NCBI GenBank assembly: GCA_008369845.1
Contig: MRSU01011496.1
Span: 1 to 64,000, forward strand
DNA: 64,000 bases
Direction of reading: 5' to 3'
Source of the DNA: Trichomonas gallinae
Lineage: Eukaryota
A model generated the notes under the pieces. The model was given only the letters and a program-made list of their open reading frames with translations, searched no databases and had not been told where the DNA came from. A program made the translations under genes and the position numbers. Position 1 is the first letter of the stretch. The number at the start of each line of letters is the position of its first letter. Shown here piece after piece: positions 43,138 to 55,131 of this stretch.

Positions 43138-45753
43138 ATGAATCATGGAAATGTTTTAACAGAGGCGCAAACAGACTACATCATTGAAGCGGTTTTGAAC
43201 GAGGAACTCGACAAATTGGAAAATTTTAGAAAAGCAATGTACCACTTCGATTACAATTTAGGATCTAATAGTTTAAACTTCAAATATCCCGAATTTCTAT
43301 CACATAACCCATCCATTTTAGGATTTGCTATAGTCTTCAAGTGCAAAAAATGCATAGCTTTGATTTCAGAATATTGTGAAATCGATATTACAGATTCTAG
43401 AGGATATGTACTCGCTCACTACGCAGCAGCATCCGGAGATCTAGAAATATACAAACAATTCGAAAAAACATACCCAACTTACTATGATAAATCAAATTTT
43501 ATTGATAATCCAGTACATATTGCTTCTTATTTTGGCCATAAGGACATCGTCGAGTTTCAGATAAAAGGGAGATTTAGATATATAGTAAAAGATTCGAAAG
43601 GAAACCACTATGCATGGCTGGCTGCTCGAAATGGCAGCGAGGCAGCTCTTCGTTGTCTTATAGATGGTGGTTTCTTAGTAGATTACGGTGTAAAAGAAGA
43701 AGCACTAAAAATTGCAGCAAAATATGATCGCGTTAATATTTTACAAATAATATTAAATGCTTCTGGAAGAAATGAGTTTCAAGATGGTTCATCATTACTA
43801 GCAATAGCATCTAAGTATGGGTCATTGAATGCCATGAAATATCTCTTTAAATCTCAAATTCTCGAACATTCAAAATATCTACAGCATCCTCCGATTGTTG
43901 TGGCAGCAGAAGCAGGTCAGCTGGATGCTGTTAAGCTCTTAATTTCCATGAAATTCCCGAAAAATCAACAAGATCAAGAAGGAAGAACCGCAATTTGGGC
44001 CGCAATCGAAAACAAGCACAAAGACGTCGCTTCATACTTAATCAACCTCGATGGCATTGATATAACAGCTGTACCATCATATTACTCGAACAGTTTCTAC
44101 GATTTCGCGATCAGCAACGATTTTGAAGAAATCATCAAAAAACTCGCTCACAACCAAGCAGAAAAGCAGAAAATCTGGAAGAAAGTGAACTGGGCGGCGA
44201 AGGAGAATGCAGTGGAGATATTTAAAATGCTTTTCTCCAAGTTCGACCATTCCAGTGTCAAACTAAGTCATTTCCATATATCAGACAAAACAGGTTTTGA
44301 GATAATGAACTGTTTCATGGATTCTTGTCCTGCAGCTATTGTCTACAGGACTGCCTATGACTACGCTAGGAAGCTGAACTCCATAAAGATCTGCAGGTTC
44401 ATAATCCAGTCTCACATGGACTGGAGCTGCATAACAAACACTAAAACGATTTACGACGCAAAAACAACGAAACAAAAATTCATGTGGTTCTTGATAAACC
44501 ACGGAGGACTGACTAAACCGAATGCTGGGTTCTCTCCCATTGGTGCTTATGCTTGTTTCACTGGTTATCTAGAAAATGTTGCCTTTGTTATAGAAAATAA
44601 TATAGAAATTCCTGACAAATTCAAGAAAAATACGAAATTTTTATTTGAGGCATTGAAAAGGCATGAATTCAAGCTGATGAAAGCTCTGCTTCAAACTGGA
44701 TTTACACCTGATCCAAAGCAAGACATCTACATAGAAGCATTTAAAATGTTGAATGAAACAGAAGATGAAAATCTTTCGAATGAAATTTTGATGATTATTG
44801 ACAAACTTCTTGAAGTTCCAATTAACTTTCCAACATTCGAGACATACATTACACTCCTTTCTGTCAGGAACCCAAATATAATTAATATAATTGCTAATAG
44901 GCATAAACTAACTAAGGAGATGGTAGAAGAAAAACCAATTTTAGTTTACGCTGTCAAATACAATTCAATATTTGTGCCTTATCTATTAAACCTCTCCACA
45001 AACTTCAGGAGATACAAACAAGACTTGGAAGATGCGTTCGATGTTAACACGGACATCAAAATATTCGACGAGTTCTTCTCGAAAACGTCATTCAAAGAGG
45101 AAAGAGCGATGATTGATTTAATATGCGATCTACCAAATAGACCGGACATCGTTGAATCTGCCTTTAGAAACGGTTTGTCAATTGACGCCAAGAAACTGCA
45201 GCATTACGTCGAAATCATTCAGCCTGCTTATATAACTAATGACATGTTCGAAGTTTTCATAAAGAACGGAATCAACACTGCTGAACCTTCTCTGATGATG
45301 AGTATGTTGATGCATACAAAAGTCACGAATGTTGACTTTTTCCCGGACTCAGTTATTAACAATAAGTACAAAGAATTCACACCTTTAGTTTACTCTTTGT
45401 ATAAAGGAAAATCAACTATTGCATATAAGCTTATATTAAGAGGCGCTGATCCGTTTATTGAATGCAATGGTTTGTCGCCAATCATTGCTGCGGCTATGCA
45501 CACGACGAATTTATTTGCGATGAAGCTACTGATAAACAGAGGTGCAAAGCCGTCGAAATACAACGATGTCTCTAAAACGCATTACAAGGAATTTGCTGAC
45601 CAAGGAAGAGTGAACGCTTGCATAGTAGCATTGGAGAGAGGAGATAGAGAAATGTTAATACTATTGAGCAAATATGATTTTGACACAAGAAACATCAAGG
45701 GAGGAATCATCAGGGCAACTGAGCTTGCAAGATTTGTTGATTTGAATCTTTAA
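43138..45753 (+). CDS. Ankyrin-repeat protein
   Basis: Multiple ANK repeats (LAHYAAASGDL, PVHIASYFGH, PIVVAAEAGQL, GRTAIWAAIEN, TPLVYSL..LILRGADP). Confidence 0.9.
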   Translation: MNHGNVLTEAQTDYIIEAVLNEELDKLENFRKAMYHFDYNLGSNSLNFKYPEFLSHNPSILGFAIVFKCKKCIALISEYCEIDITDSRGYVLAHYAAASGDLEIYKQFEKTYPTYYDKSNFIDNPVHIASYFGHKDIVEFQIKGRFRYIVKDSKGNHYAWLAARNGSEAALRCLIDGGFLVDYGVKEEALKIAAKYDRVNILQIILNASGRNEFQDGSSLLAIASKYGSLNAMKYLFKSQILEHSKYLQHPPIVVAAEAGQLDAVKLLISMKFPKNQQDQEGRTAIWAAIENKHKDVASYLINLDGIDITAVPSYYSNSFYDFAISNDFEEIIKKLAHNQAEKQKIWKKVNWAAKENAVEIFKMLFSKFDHSSVKLSHFHISDKTGFEIMNCFMDSCPAAIVYRTAYDYARKLNSIKICRFIIQSHMDWSCITNTKTIYDAKTTKQKFMWFLINHGGLTKPNAGFSPIGAYACFTGYLENVAFVIENNIEIPDKFKKNTKFLFEALKRHEFKLMKALLQTGFTPDPKQDIYIEAFKMLNETEDENLSNEILMIIDKLLEVPINFPTFETYITLLSVRNPNIINIIANRHKLTKEMVEEKPILVYAVKYNSIFVPYLLNLSTNFRRYKQDLEDAFDVNTDIKIFDEFFSKTSFKEERAMIDLICDLPNRPDIVESAFRNGLSIDAKKLQHYVEIIQPAYITNDMFEVFIKNGINTAEPSLMMSMLMHTKVTNVDFFPDSVINNKYKEFTPLVYSLYKGKSTIAYKLILRGADPFIECNGLSPIIAAAMHTTNLFAMKLLINRGAKPSKYNDVSKTHYKEFADQGRVNACIVALERGDREMLILLSKYDFDTRNIKGGIIRATELARFVDLNL

Positions 45754-46267
45754 TTTCTTTTATATTTGTTTGAATTTATTAAATTATATATACTAGTTCT
45801 AATACATAATTTTTTCTTCATATGAATTCTCAACAAATACTCATTATAAGTTGATTTTATCGAAATTGAGATTTTTTTGAAAGTTTTAATTTTTCGAAAT
45901 TTAACCAAATTACACCTGAAATCAATGAGTTTGGAACATAGGTTGTTGAAATATAAGTTTATTTTTGAAATATTGAGATGGAATTTTCAAAAATCGCAGT
46001 TGTGCATTAACACCCATATAAATCACTAGCCACACATATGTATGTTATTTCTTTTTTGTTAGAAAGTGTTCTTTTCATTTACTCATTAATTAAATATAAA
46101 ATATCCCAATAATCGCTTGATAGTTTGAAGCAATAATGCCTATGTTGCAAAGAAGTGATTTTAACAAATGCATGATAATTTTACATGATTAACATAATAT
46201 GAAGAATATACGTTAGATATATTATAAACAAAACATAGATAAAAATAATATGGTAATGTATTCATGA

Positions 46268-47041
46268 CTATATTGAATGGAATAAAGACTGTGGGTCGTT
46301 TGAAGTTTCCATGATTAAATCTAAAAGCTTAAGAGCGTCTTTTGAATCGGGTATTTCTACATGTGTAGTTGTTTGTTTCTGTTTTTTAGGTGTTTGGACT
46401 GGTTTTTGTGGTCTAGGTTTAACATCTTCTCGATATGCATCTATCATTTGATTTAGAAGCTCATTATTGAATTTTTTGGAGATTATTTGGTATCTATATC
46501 TGCATTGCACATCAGTTCTCCCCGCAATGTCATTGGATATTTTTGTCCAAGATTTATCTCCATATTTATTAACGGCATTGATTAACTTTAAATCTTCATA
46601 TTGATTCCATAAAGTTTTGTTAATCAATGGGTTAAGGGATCTTGCCCATCTTTGCGAGCATTGACATCTATTTCTTCCATTACCGACAAAAGATGATATT
46701 TTTGTCCAGTCTGATGGTCCATACTTATGTACCCCAGCAATCAACCGCTGATCTTCGTACTGTGACCACGATTTGGACTTCCTTGACATATAATTATCGT
46801 CCTCATGTTGACAAGGAATAGGATCATCGGAAACATTCATGAAAATCTTCAGCTTGTCGACAGCCTCCGAGTTCCCGCATGTTAAAATAGATTGTTGCCG
46901 TGCAAGTTCATATGAAATAACTTTTGTAATAAAGTTAAACAGGATCATCTTCATAGATTGAACATATTCTGGCCTGATGTTGGAGAGTAACTGTTCATAA
47001 ACTATTCCATATGATTCCGTACTAAAATCATTACTCGCCAT
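46268..47041 (-). CDS. R2R3 Myb transcription factor (paralog of 37656-38459)
   Basis: WSQYEDQRLIAGVHKYG..GRNRCQCSQRW and WNQYEDLKL..YGDKSW..GRTDVQCRYRY. Shares ILFNFIT and a DP.SLF C-terminus with its paralog. Confidence 0.92.
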   Translation of the reverse strand: MASNDFSTESYGIVYEQLLSNIRPEYVQSMKMILFNFITKVISYELARQQSILTCGNSEAVDKLKIFMNVSDDPIPCQHEDDNYMSRKSKSWSQYEDQRLIAGVHKYGPSDWTKISSFVGNGRNRCQCSQRWARSLNPLINKTLWNQYEDLKLINAVNKYGDKSWTKISNDIAGRTDVQCRYRYQIISKKFNNELLNQMIDAYREDVKPRPQKPVQTPKKQKQTTTHVEIPDSKDALKLLDLIMETSNDPQSLFHSI

Positions 47042-49214
47042 ATGATTAGGAATTTTAGTTTTCTAAAAAAAAATTTGAATTTTTTTAGTTTTTGGAGTAA
47101 TATGGTTGTGATTATAATAATTATTTTTGAGAAGAAATTTTGTATGTGAAAACGTCCTAACACATTGAAAATAAACCTCTCGGTAATAACAAATACAACA
47201 AATTTTATTTTTCGTAAACATCGGAAAAAAATTCTCAGTTTCAAAAATTGATAAACTATAATTTTTGAATGTCAATTCAATTTTACGAATTCATAAAAAT
47301 GAGTTTTTGTTTTGTATTTATAAGTATTAACATATAAAGGTTGTAAAAAATGCATTTATAGGCAAAATGTAAATAACATGAAATTATGATTGTTTTCTTG
47401 ATGTATTAGATAATTCTTTACTGATTTTTTGGTTATATTCAAAAATTGTGCGAAAAATAAAAATTGACAGTTGATTGATTATTATTTTTATTATCTCGTA
47501 AATATTAAAGAAAAACGATATAGACCTGACAAGAAACTGTTTCTTAATGAGAGAAACGGTTTATATCATTGTTTGTAATAAATTATCAAAATGCTCCTAT
47601 AATTTCCAGTTCTAAATATAATGCATAGGAATATGTAGTAATGATCATATATGAGCTTAATTTTGAATTATCGAATGAATTTGTGAAGATTATATTAAAA
47701 ATCAATGAATTTCGGAATTTTGTATTTTGATTTGGATATATCTGATGTATAGCTGATAATTTTTGTTGTTGTGATTAGAACAAACATATATTTTCTTTTT
47801 TTGATTTTTCAAAAATCGGATTTTCATGATCAACGAAGTATATTTACGTATGATATATTATTAATATTCAATATTCATCATTTAAAATGAATTTATATAT
47901 AATAATTTCATTTTATATTTTTTTATGAATACCGAATAGAATAATAATCCGATTATCGTATATTAATGATTAAACCATTCTCTATCTTTTCATTCAAGCG
48001 GTCCAACTAATTTCCTATAACATATATCTTGAATATTTTGCTTGATTAAGAGTAATAATATCTAAAAATATAGGAATACATACAGGGAAACTATAGATAT
48101 ATAGTTATATCAAAGCAAACTCTGGAAAAGATCTAAGAATACGTGGAAAAAGCAAGTTAAAGGGACAAATCTGATTATTAAAAGCGAAAAGTGTTAATAT
48201 AAAAGGGTCATAGGAGCTCGTAATTAGTTTTTTTAAAATTAAAACAGACTTTTTATTTTAATAATATAAAAATCTAATTAATTTTGCTGAGTTGTTGATA
48301 ACCTGTGTTCCAAATAGATATTCCTTTGTTCTTTAAACACTGGTATTCAATCTAGCTTAATCTATGCTTAAATAAAGCTGTTAAACATGGTTGAATGGAT
48401 CAATAACCGCAATTTTTTTACAAAAACCATAAATTTGATATGTTTAATACTTGTATAATGAGCTGATATTTGGAGTTAAAACTTTTGAGAATAGTAAAGA
48501 AATATTTGATTAATAAAACTAACATTCCCGTTTATAGTGCACGGAGTTATTTGAAAACAATAAATACTTAAAGTGAACATTGAAATAATTCGCAAGAAAT
48601 CAACAATTGTATTTAATTAATTTTATAATTCAATGTGGCTTCAAAATTGTTTTGATAACAAAATAGTTATTGTTTCAAATATGCAATATATGATGTTAAA
48701 TAACATAATAATTATTGTGTAAAACTTCCATGTACTTACAATTTTCACACCAATTCAAAAAATTTGCTTTATAAAATTTCGTTATTGTCATTTTCCAACG
48801 TACTTTTGAATCATTTCTTTTATTTAGAAGCTACTCAACATTTATTTTCATGTTTTTCGATTCAATATACTTTCTCAAATTTCGGGTGATTTTGATTAAA
48901 ATCAATTTTTCTTTCGTTATCAAAATTACTCGATTTTTTAGTATTTTAATCCAGTCATGATATTCAGCTTATCATACTGATAATTATATTTTATATAAAA
49001 AAAGTTTTATGAAAATTCAAACCATTGATTTTATACAAAATATATAATACCGTGTCATTGTTCTATATAATCTGTCAAAAAAACAATGACTATATAAAAT
49101 AAATGTCTAAAAATTTGGTTTTTATATTGTCTATATCATTCTTATTCGAATGTTATTATTAAATTTTTCAAAAAGCCTTTCTTTCTGATCGTTTTTCTGC
49201 CTTATTAAATTTAA

Positions 49215-49541
49215 TCATATTATCATACTAATAACACTGGCATGTTTCAATTTATCATCCAAACTCGTTGGTTGTTCTATCTTTTTCGAAATTTTTGTTT
49301 CCAACTCTTTTGGTTCCTTTCTCATCTTACTTTTATATGTATCGCATACCATAATATGCGATATCCATGATATATTGGCTGTATATCCTTGTCCTTTTCA
49401 TTTTTCGATCAATTTTTCGGAATTTGATAATTTTATTTCTCGCGATTTAATGCTAAGATCTTCTGCTGTTAATTTTAACCTCCGAATATCTTGATTTTTG
49501 TAGATTAACAGTAATAATCTGGCCAATAATAATCTCCGAAA
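49215..49541 (-). pseudogene. Decayed ORF remnant of unknown origin
   Basis: 109-codon frame with a single internal TGA (49398-49400) in very AT-rich DNA. Confidence 0.35.
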
Positions 49542-50225
49542 TATATCTTAAATTCTGCTAGTTACATGTATGTGTATGTTGTGTGTCGCTTGAGGAGCGT
49601 TATGTTCAAGTAATATTATTTCAGATTAAGAACTAAGCATCGTTATCATGGTAGTCTCATAAATCATGTTTTGTTTTCTGTTATTATGGATAATCTATAA
49701 CCTACGATCGATTCATCTATCTTATGGTGTCAATTAATTTTTCATGTTCTTGAATTCAATCGACAACAGCCATAACTGAAGCGATATTATACTATATTAG
49801 GCTAAATGTAAACCTTCCCGCATTGTAGGTGTCTCTAATATTTGTCCGGTCAGAAGATATAAAAATTTGGGTTTCTCTAATTTTAAATGATAAATATTGC
49901 TAAAGTTAGCATATTCGAGCTATGGTTTAAAAGTAAAAAAGGGTGAGTTATAAGTTATAAATTGAATGTATCTAAAAAAGTTATAGTTGAAGCAATGGTG
50001 GGCTCGGATCAAAATTTTTATCGCTTGTAGTCACGAGTTTACCCATTGAAAGAACTAAATTTGGTCTTCCGAAACTTGATAATATTTATTTTTGGGGTAA
50101 TACTATCGCAAGCAGGGGATTATTTATGGTTCATACAGACCTAAAATATAAATCATATTCTGCCTATCATTTATTGAAACAATTTTAGAGTCATGATATG
50201 TCGAACAAAAATAAATAAAAAATAA

Positions 50226-50470
50226 TTGCCATGTAAAAAATTAACGATTCATCACGATCATTTTCATGATTTTTGACGCATAAATTAGTAAATTTGACAT
50301 ATTTTGAATTATTTTTGGCAAGTAAATTATTAAAAATTTGATTAATTTTGTCTTTTTTTGACGCGTAAAATAAAAAATTGACTAATTTATACTTATTTTG
50401 ACATGTAAAATACCTAAATTTGACTGCTAATTATGATCTTGACATGTAAATGATTAAAAATTTGACAGGC
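50226..50470 (+). promoter_or_regulatory. Phased ~41-bp array of TTGNCRYGTAAA-like motifs upstream of Rab
   Basis: Copies at 50226, 50273, 50315, 50358, 50398 and 50439. TTGA(C) half-sites lie midway at about 50294, 50338, 50378, 50420 and 50462. Confidence 0.7.
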
Positions 50471-50606
50471 GATAGGATAAATAATCCAGTCTTTCTGTGT
50501 ATTTCTGAAATTCGCTGGCAGTAGAAGCCATAATCGAACAAAACCAAAGAAATTCCGATAATTGAAATAAAAAAAATTTCGACGGTTTTTATATTAGAGA
50601 ATTTAA

Positions 50607-51230
50607 ATGGCGGAACCACCACTGCAATTCAAATTCATTGTTATCGGCTGCTCTGGTGCTGGAAAGACATCAATTCTTAGACGTCTTGTCGAAGATAAAT
50701 TCGTCAGAGGAACACAGTCAACAGTCGGTATCGAATATTTCACATGGGTAACTTCAATCGAAAATAAAATGATTAAAATGATGATTTGGGATACTGCTGG
50801 CCAGGAAAGATTTTATACAATCGCTAGAGCGTATTTCAGGAACGCATTAGGTGTTATCCTTGTTTTCGACATAACAGATAGAAAGAGCTTCGACCAGCTT
50901 CCAAGATGGCTTAGAGATGCCCGTGTTGAAGCAGATCCACACTGTTCTGTTATATTAGTCGGAAATAAGTGCGATCTCGCTGCTTCCCGCGTTGTTTCAA
51001 GGCAGGAAGCTGAAGACTTTGCTAAATCTAACGAACTTCAATACATCGAAACTTCTGCTGCCGACGCTACCGGCATTCAAGAAACATTTATCAGAACAGG
51101 CAGAGACCTCTTGCAAAAGGTCGCTGCTGGTGAAATCTCTGGCCAAAAATCATCTGCTGATGGAGGACATAGTGTAATTATTCCAGATCCTAAGACAAAG
51201 AATAAGAAGAAGAACAACACTTGCTGCTGA
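50607..51230 (+). CDS. Rab GTPase (Rab2/4/14-like or lineage-specific)
   Basis: GCSGAGKT, TVGIEY, WDTAGQERF, NKCD, ETSA and a C-terminal CC prenylation site. M3 GACGGTTT lies at 50581. Confidence 0.95.
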   Translation: MAEPPLQFKFIVIGCSGAGKTSILRRLVEDKFVRGTQSTVGIEYFTWVTSIENKMIKMMIWDTAGQERFYTIARAYFRNALGVILVFDITDRKSFDQLPRWLRDARVEADPHCSVILVGNKCDLAASRVVSRQEAEDFAKSNELQYIETSAADATGIQETFIRTGRDLLQKVAAGEISGQKSSADGGHSVIIPDPKTKNKKKNNTCC

Positions 51231-51941
51231 AAAATGTTAAGAATAAACATTTACTTTTCGTTTTCATGACTAAATTCGAATCTCATAAATCGAATTTTTT
51301 CTATCCTCGACTTCACTCATTATTACACTAAGGTATATTTTGGCTCGATACATATACTCAAATTACGGAGATTTTCAAATTTTTGATATATTGTTCGAGA
51401 TTGAAATAAAAATATGGCTTAATTCCTATGACCAATGTATTTATTTTGACTAGTGTAATATTATGTAATAGCCCTTATTTCGAAAAATAAAGAAATAAAA
51501 AAAATAGATAAAACAATGTATCTTTCTACCGAGATATTTGTTCAATATTGATAGCATAAAATTCTGATACCAATATGAAATTAATACGTGAATAACTAAA
51601 GAATATATCTATAGGATCATGACTTGAAAAAATTCGATGAAATGAAAATAATAAATTTGACTATAAAAATCTACAATTTTTAACTTGAAATGCTTAAAAC
51701 TCATGAAAATTCAAAAATTAGAACTAAAGAAAATCAACAAATCAACAATAAAATACGAACAAAATACATTTATAAGCATATTGGTCAATCAAATATTGTT
51801 ACCTTCATTATATTTCGTAATTTTAAAAAGTTGAGTTATCATCTTAAAGTTAAAGCTTGTTCACATGCTAAGCTGATCTATAGTTAGTGAAATATGACAT
51901 GAAAACAGGTTTTTGTATTTAACCTTATTCAAATATTTTAA

Positions 51942-52211
51942 ATGGCTACGAAATATAGTTTAGACCAGTTAATAGACAGCTACTTTCAGTCGATCAACAA
52001 CAGAATGAGCAAATATTCAACAGAGAAATGCATCGAATTCGTTAAATCTCTTCGACCGAATTTTAAAGAAGACGTTTTACTAAAGAAATTAGCTATAAAA
52101 CTTCTAGAGCTTGATGACATGATCCAAGATTATGACTCTACAGACCTAGAAGATGAAGAAGAAGAACAGGAAAAAGAAAAGAAACCAAAGAAAAAGAAAA
52201 AATCCGCGTGA
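51942..52211 (+). CDS. Small hypothetical protein with acidic run and basic NLS-like tail
   Basis: 89-codon ATG ORF with coding-like composition, ending KKPKKKKKSA. Confidence 0.6.
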   Translation: MATKYSLDQLIDSYFQSINNRMSKYSTEKCIEFVKSLRPNFKEDVLLKKLAIKLLELDDMIQDYDSTDLEDEEEEQEKEKKPKKKKKSA

Positions 52212-52472
52212 CAAGTTCAAAAACATGATAGATAACTTATGCAGCTTATTTCTTGAAAAATGCAAAGATATTTTTTTTAATCAAAATATTTTCTCGTAAT
52301 CCAAGAAAATCACAGAAATATAGCCTAATATTACATAATTTTAGTCTTCTCAGATCAATTTACAAATTTTTTTTTGTTTTATATTTTGTTTTCTTTTGTT
52401 CAAAATTGTTTTCGAAACATAAATATTATTGTAAAAATAGAGGCTTTTTCCAAAATGATCGAAACATAATTT

Positions 52473-53576
52473 TTAATATGCCATTGGCTTGAAAGAGTTG
52501 AACTTATTCTTGTAAAAACGAAGTCCAGCCATTGAGTCATCACGACAGAGAACTCCATCAGATTCCGCATGAAGCAAATAATTTCTTGCGATTGAAAGCG
52601 GCAAACCTGTCTTCTTAGACATAAGGAGAGGTGTCGTATATTCATCTTCACTGAATTTGGAGAGAATATCCTTAAGAACAGAAGAATAAACTTTGTCTGT
52701 AAGGATAACTACTGTAACTCCTTCAATTGTTTCAACTTTGACGCCAAACTCACGCTTTTGAAGATGTTTGATAGCATCAGCGAGATCGTTTGGAGAAACG
52801 TAATCTGTAACAAGTAATCTATTAAAAATGCAAAATGCTTCTGCGACAGAAAGAACGCCACCCTTCTTCTCAAGAACTTTCTTGATATCTGTAGCGAATC
52901 TGAGGGCGAGATTTTGAGTGAATTGACCATCGGATTTATCGATTGATGTATTTTCAACACCGAGAGCTGCATAGATTTCATCGAGATCGTTCTTTGAGTC
53001 TGAATCACCCTTAGATCTGAGTTCTTGGGCGAATGAAAGCAATTGCTGTGCGGATTCCTTAAGTGATTGAATATCAGCCAAAGCGGAATTCAACTGAGCA
53101 TTCTTTTGATTGATATCGTTTTGTTCTGACTGCTTAGCTGCAGCAATACCACGAGTATTCGAGCTGCTGCTTTTCGAAGAAATCTTTTTGATAACTTTTG
53201 TAGCTCCAGCAGCTGCGCCAGCATTTTGATACGTGGATAGTCTTGCTGATAAATCAGCCAAGTCGAATCTGAGTGCTTGGATTGAAAATTCCTCACCGCC
53301 GACTGCCTTAAATTTCGAAAAAGCTAATGCTTGAGGATCCAATGGATGAGCGACAGTGCTGAATTGCTCAATGTTTGTCACCTTGAATTCCATCGCTATG
53401 TTATTCTGAAAAACGCTGAAAACGAGTCTTAAATTCGTCAATGTCAATACTCCGATTTCTCCGTATTTTAATTTAGGAATAGTGAGTGAAAAGTTTGGAT
53501 ACTGTTTCTGAACGGTCTCCCCAACAAGCATTGGAATGCCTCGCTCGTCACAGCGAATTTGATTCCAGGCGCTCAT
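52473..53576 (-). CDS. VPS36: ESCRT-II subunit VPS36/EAP45
   Basis: GLUE/PH-like GVLTLTNLRLVF; RGIAA..ALADIQSLKESA; GGVLSVAEAFCIFNR..VSPNDL; LCRDDSMAGLRFYKNKF. Confidence 0.88.
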   Translation of the reverse strand: MSAWNQIRCDERGIPMLVGETVQKQYPNFSLTIPKLKYGEIGVLTLTNLRLVFSVFQNNIAMEFKVTNIEQFSTVAHPLDPQALAFSKFKAVGGEEFSIQALRFDLADLSARLSTYQNAGAAAGATKVIKKISSKSSSSNTRGIAAAKQSEQNDINQKNAQLNSALADIQSLKESAQQLLSFAQELRSKGDSDSKNDLDEIYAALGVENTSIDKSDGQFTQNLALRFATDIKKVLEKKGGVLSVAEAFCIFNRLLVTDYVSPNDLADAIKHLQKREFGVKVETIEGVTVVILTDKVYSSVLKDILSKFSEDEYTTPLLMSKKTGLPLSIARNYLLHAESDGVLCRDDSMAGLRFYKNKFNSFKPMAY

Positions 53577-54070
53577 TTCTTGCTGTCACGTTTTCTTTCA
53601 TTTTATCACCGGGGAAAATTTTTTATTGCAGATTTAGTCTTTTTAATATCCAATGAGCTTATTTTTCATCAAAAATTTATATCTTACATATGATATTTTA
53701 TATTTCAAATCAAATTATTCATTTTTAACATATTTCTTGTATTAAACTATTTTCTACTCCTTAATTTGATATTGTATTTATATTCCTATGATATGAATTC
53801 GGTTGTTATATAATCAAAAATTCTATCTTCAGTTGTTGCACTTGATGCTATATGAGAAATAATATAAAATAGTAATTATATAGAGAAATTTGAATTCTTA
53901 TGATATGGATTCGAATATCTTGGTATATAATTATTTTCATGAGTTATGATTATGGTTGTGTAAAAAGTGAAATAAGATGGTAATTTATTAAACAATGCGA
54001 TTATAACTTAACGGTTTTATAGCATAAAAAAAAAACTCAAAATTAAAATAGCAAAAATAAATCATGTTTC

Positions 54071-54943
54071 TTACTCCTCACCTTCATCTTCTTCGCCAAA
54101 GTCTTCTTCTTCTTCCTCCTCCTCATCTTCTTCCTCATCCTCTTCCTCATCTTCTTCTTCGTCCTCCTCTTCGATTTCCTGGTGAGTAGTAGATGTTGTC
54201 TGTGCTGGAGCAGCGGATGATGACTCAAGCTCCTCTTCTTCTTCCGAAATTATAGATTCTTTGACAGTGCTCGATTTGACAGCAGAATGCTTGGATGATC
54301 TATGTGATGAAGAAGAGTGGCGTGATGGAGTTCTCGGCGGCGGTGGCGGCTGCTCGATTGGCTGATAAACTGGAACTGGTTCTGGTTCAGGTTGTGGATT
54401 TCTTCTCTGATTCAAGAACTCCTTGAATTCACCGTAAAGTGCGTGTGTTGCCATTGGATCAAGAGGATCTACACCAATTGCTTTAATTTCGTTAGCAGCA
54501 CGACGTGAAAGCATGGCAGCTGTTTCTCTGTAAGCCTCACTTGGTGTCATTGATCCTTCAATGCGTTTCTCGCGATGATGATGGTGGTGATGATGTTTGA
54601 CGTGGAATCCTCTAACATTTGGAAGTTTAGGCGGCCTGACGGCACGAAGAACTTGTAAGAATAGGTTTTTATGCTCGCTTAAGCCAAGAAGTCTACCTAC
54701 TGGAACTGGTAATGATTTCTTAGGGATTGCGCCACCTGTTTCAATGCTAGAAACAAACAGTGTCATTTCCATTCCGTGATTGTAGAGGAAATTAGCGACA
54801 TGTCTGCAAGCTGCTTCGTATGCAGTTTCTTTCGGAATCTGTGGTACTGATCTCTTCCTGCGAATCATTTCTGGTGTCTTTCTAGCAAGCTGCATCGCGA
54901 TTTTTTCAAAGTATATCTGCTTAATAAGTTCTTTCTGGCTCAT
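54071..54943 (-). CDS. Hypothetical protein with LisH-like motif, His7 tract, Pro-rich segment and acidic tail
   Basis: RHVANFLYNHGMEMTL..E (LisH-like), HHHHHHH, PPPPP and a D/E C-terminus. Confidence 0.75.
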   Translation of the reverse strand: MSQKELIKQIYFEKIAMQLARKTPEMIRRKRSVPQIPKETAYEAACRHVANFLYNHGMEMTLFVSSIETGGAIPKKSLPVPVGRLLGLSEHKNLFLQVLRAVRPPKLPNVRGFHVKHHHHHHHREKRIEGSMTPSEAYRETAAMLSRRAANEIKAIGVDPLDPMATHALYGEFKEFLNQRRNPQPEPEPVPVYQPIEQPPPPPRTPSRHSSSSHRSSKHSAVKSSTVKESIISEEEEELESSSAAPAQTTSTTHQEIEEEDEEEDEEEDEEEDEEEEEEEDFGEEDEGEE

Positions 54944-55131
54944 AATTTAATTTTAAAAAATGCTAATGTTATTTCGAGCGTTTAATTGTAAACATCAGAA
55001 ATATTTTCTGACACAAAAATTCGAAATATTATATATAAGCATTCTATTACATCTAATTTCAACTTTTTACGAAGATTTGATTATCTGACATTTGTCATTT
55101 TTAATTATTGCTTTAATTCTTCATTATTTCC

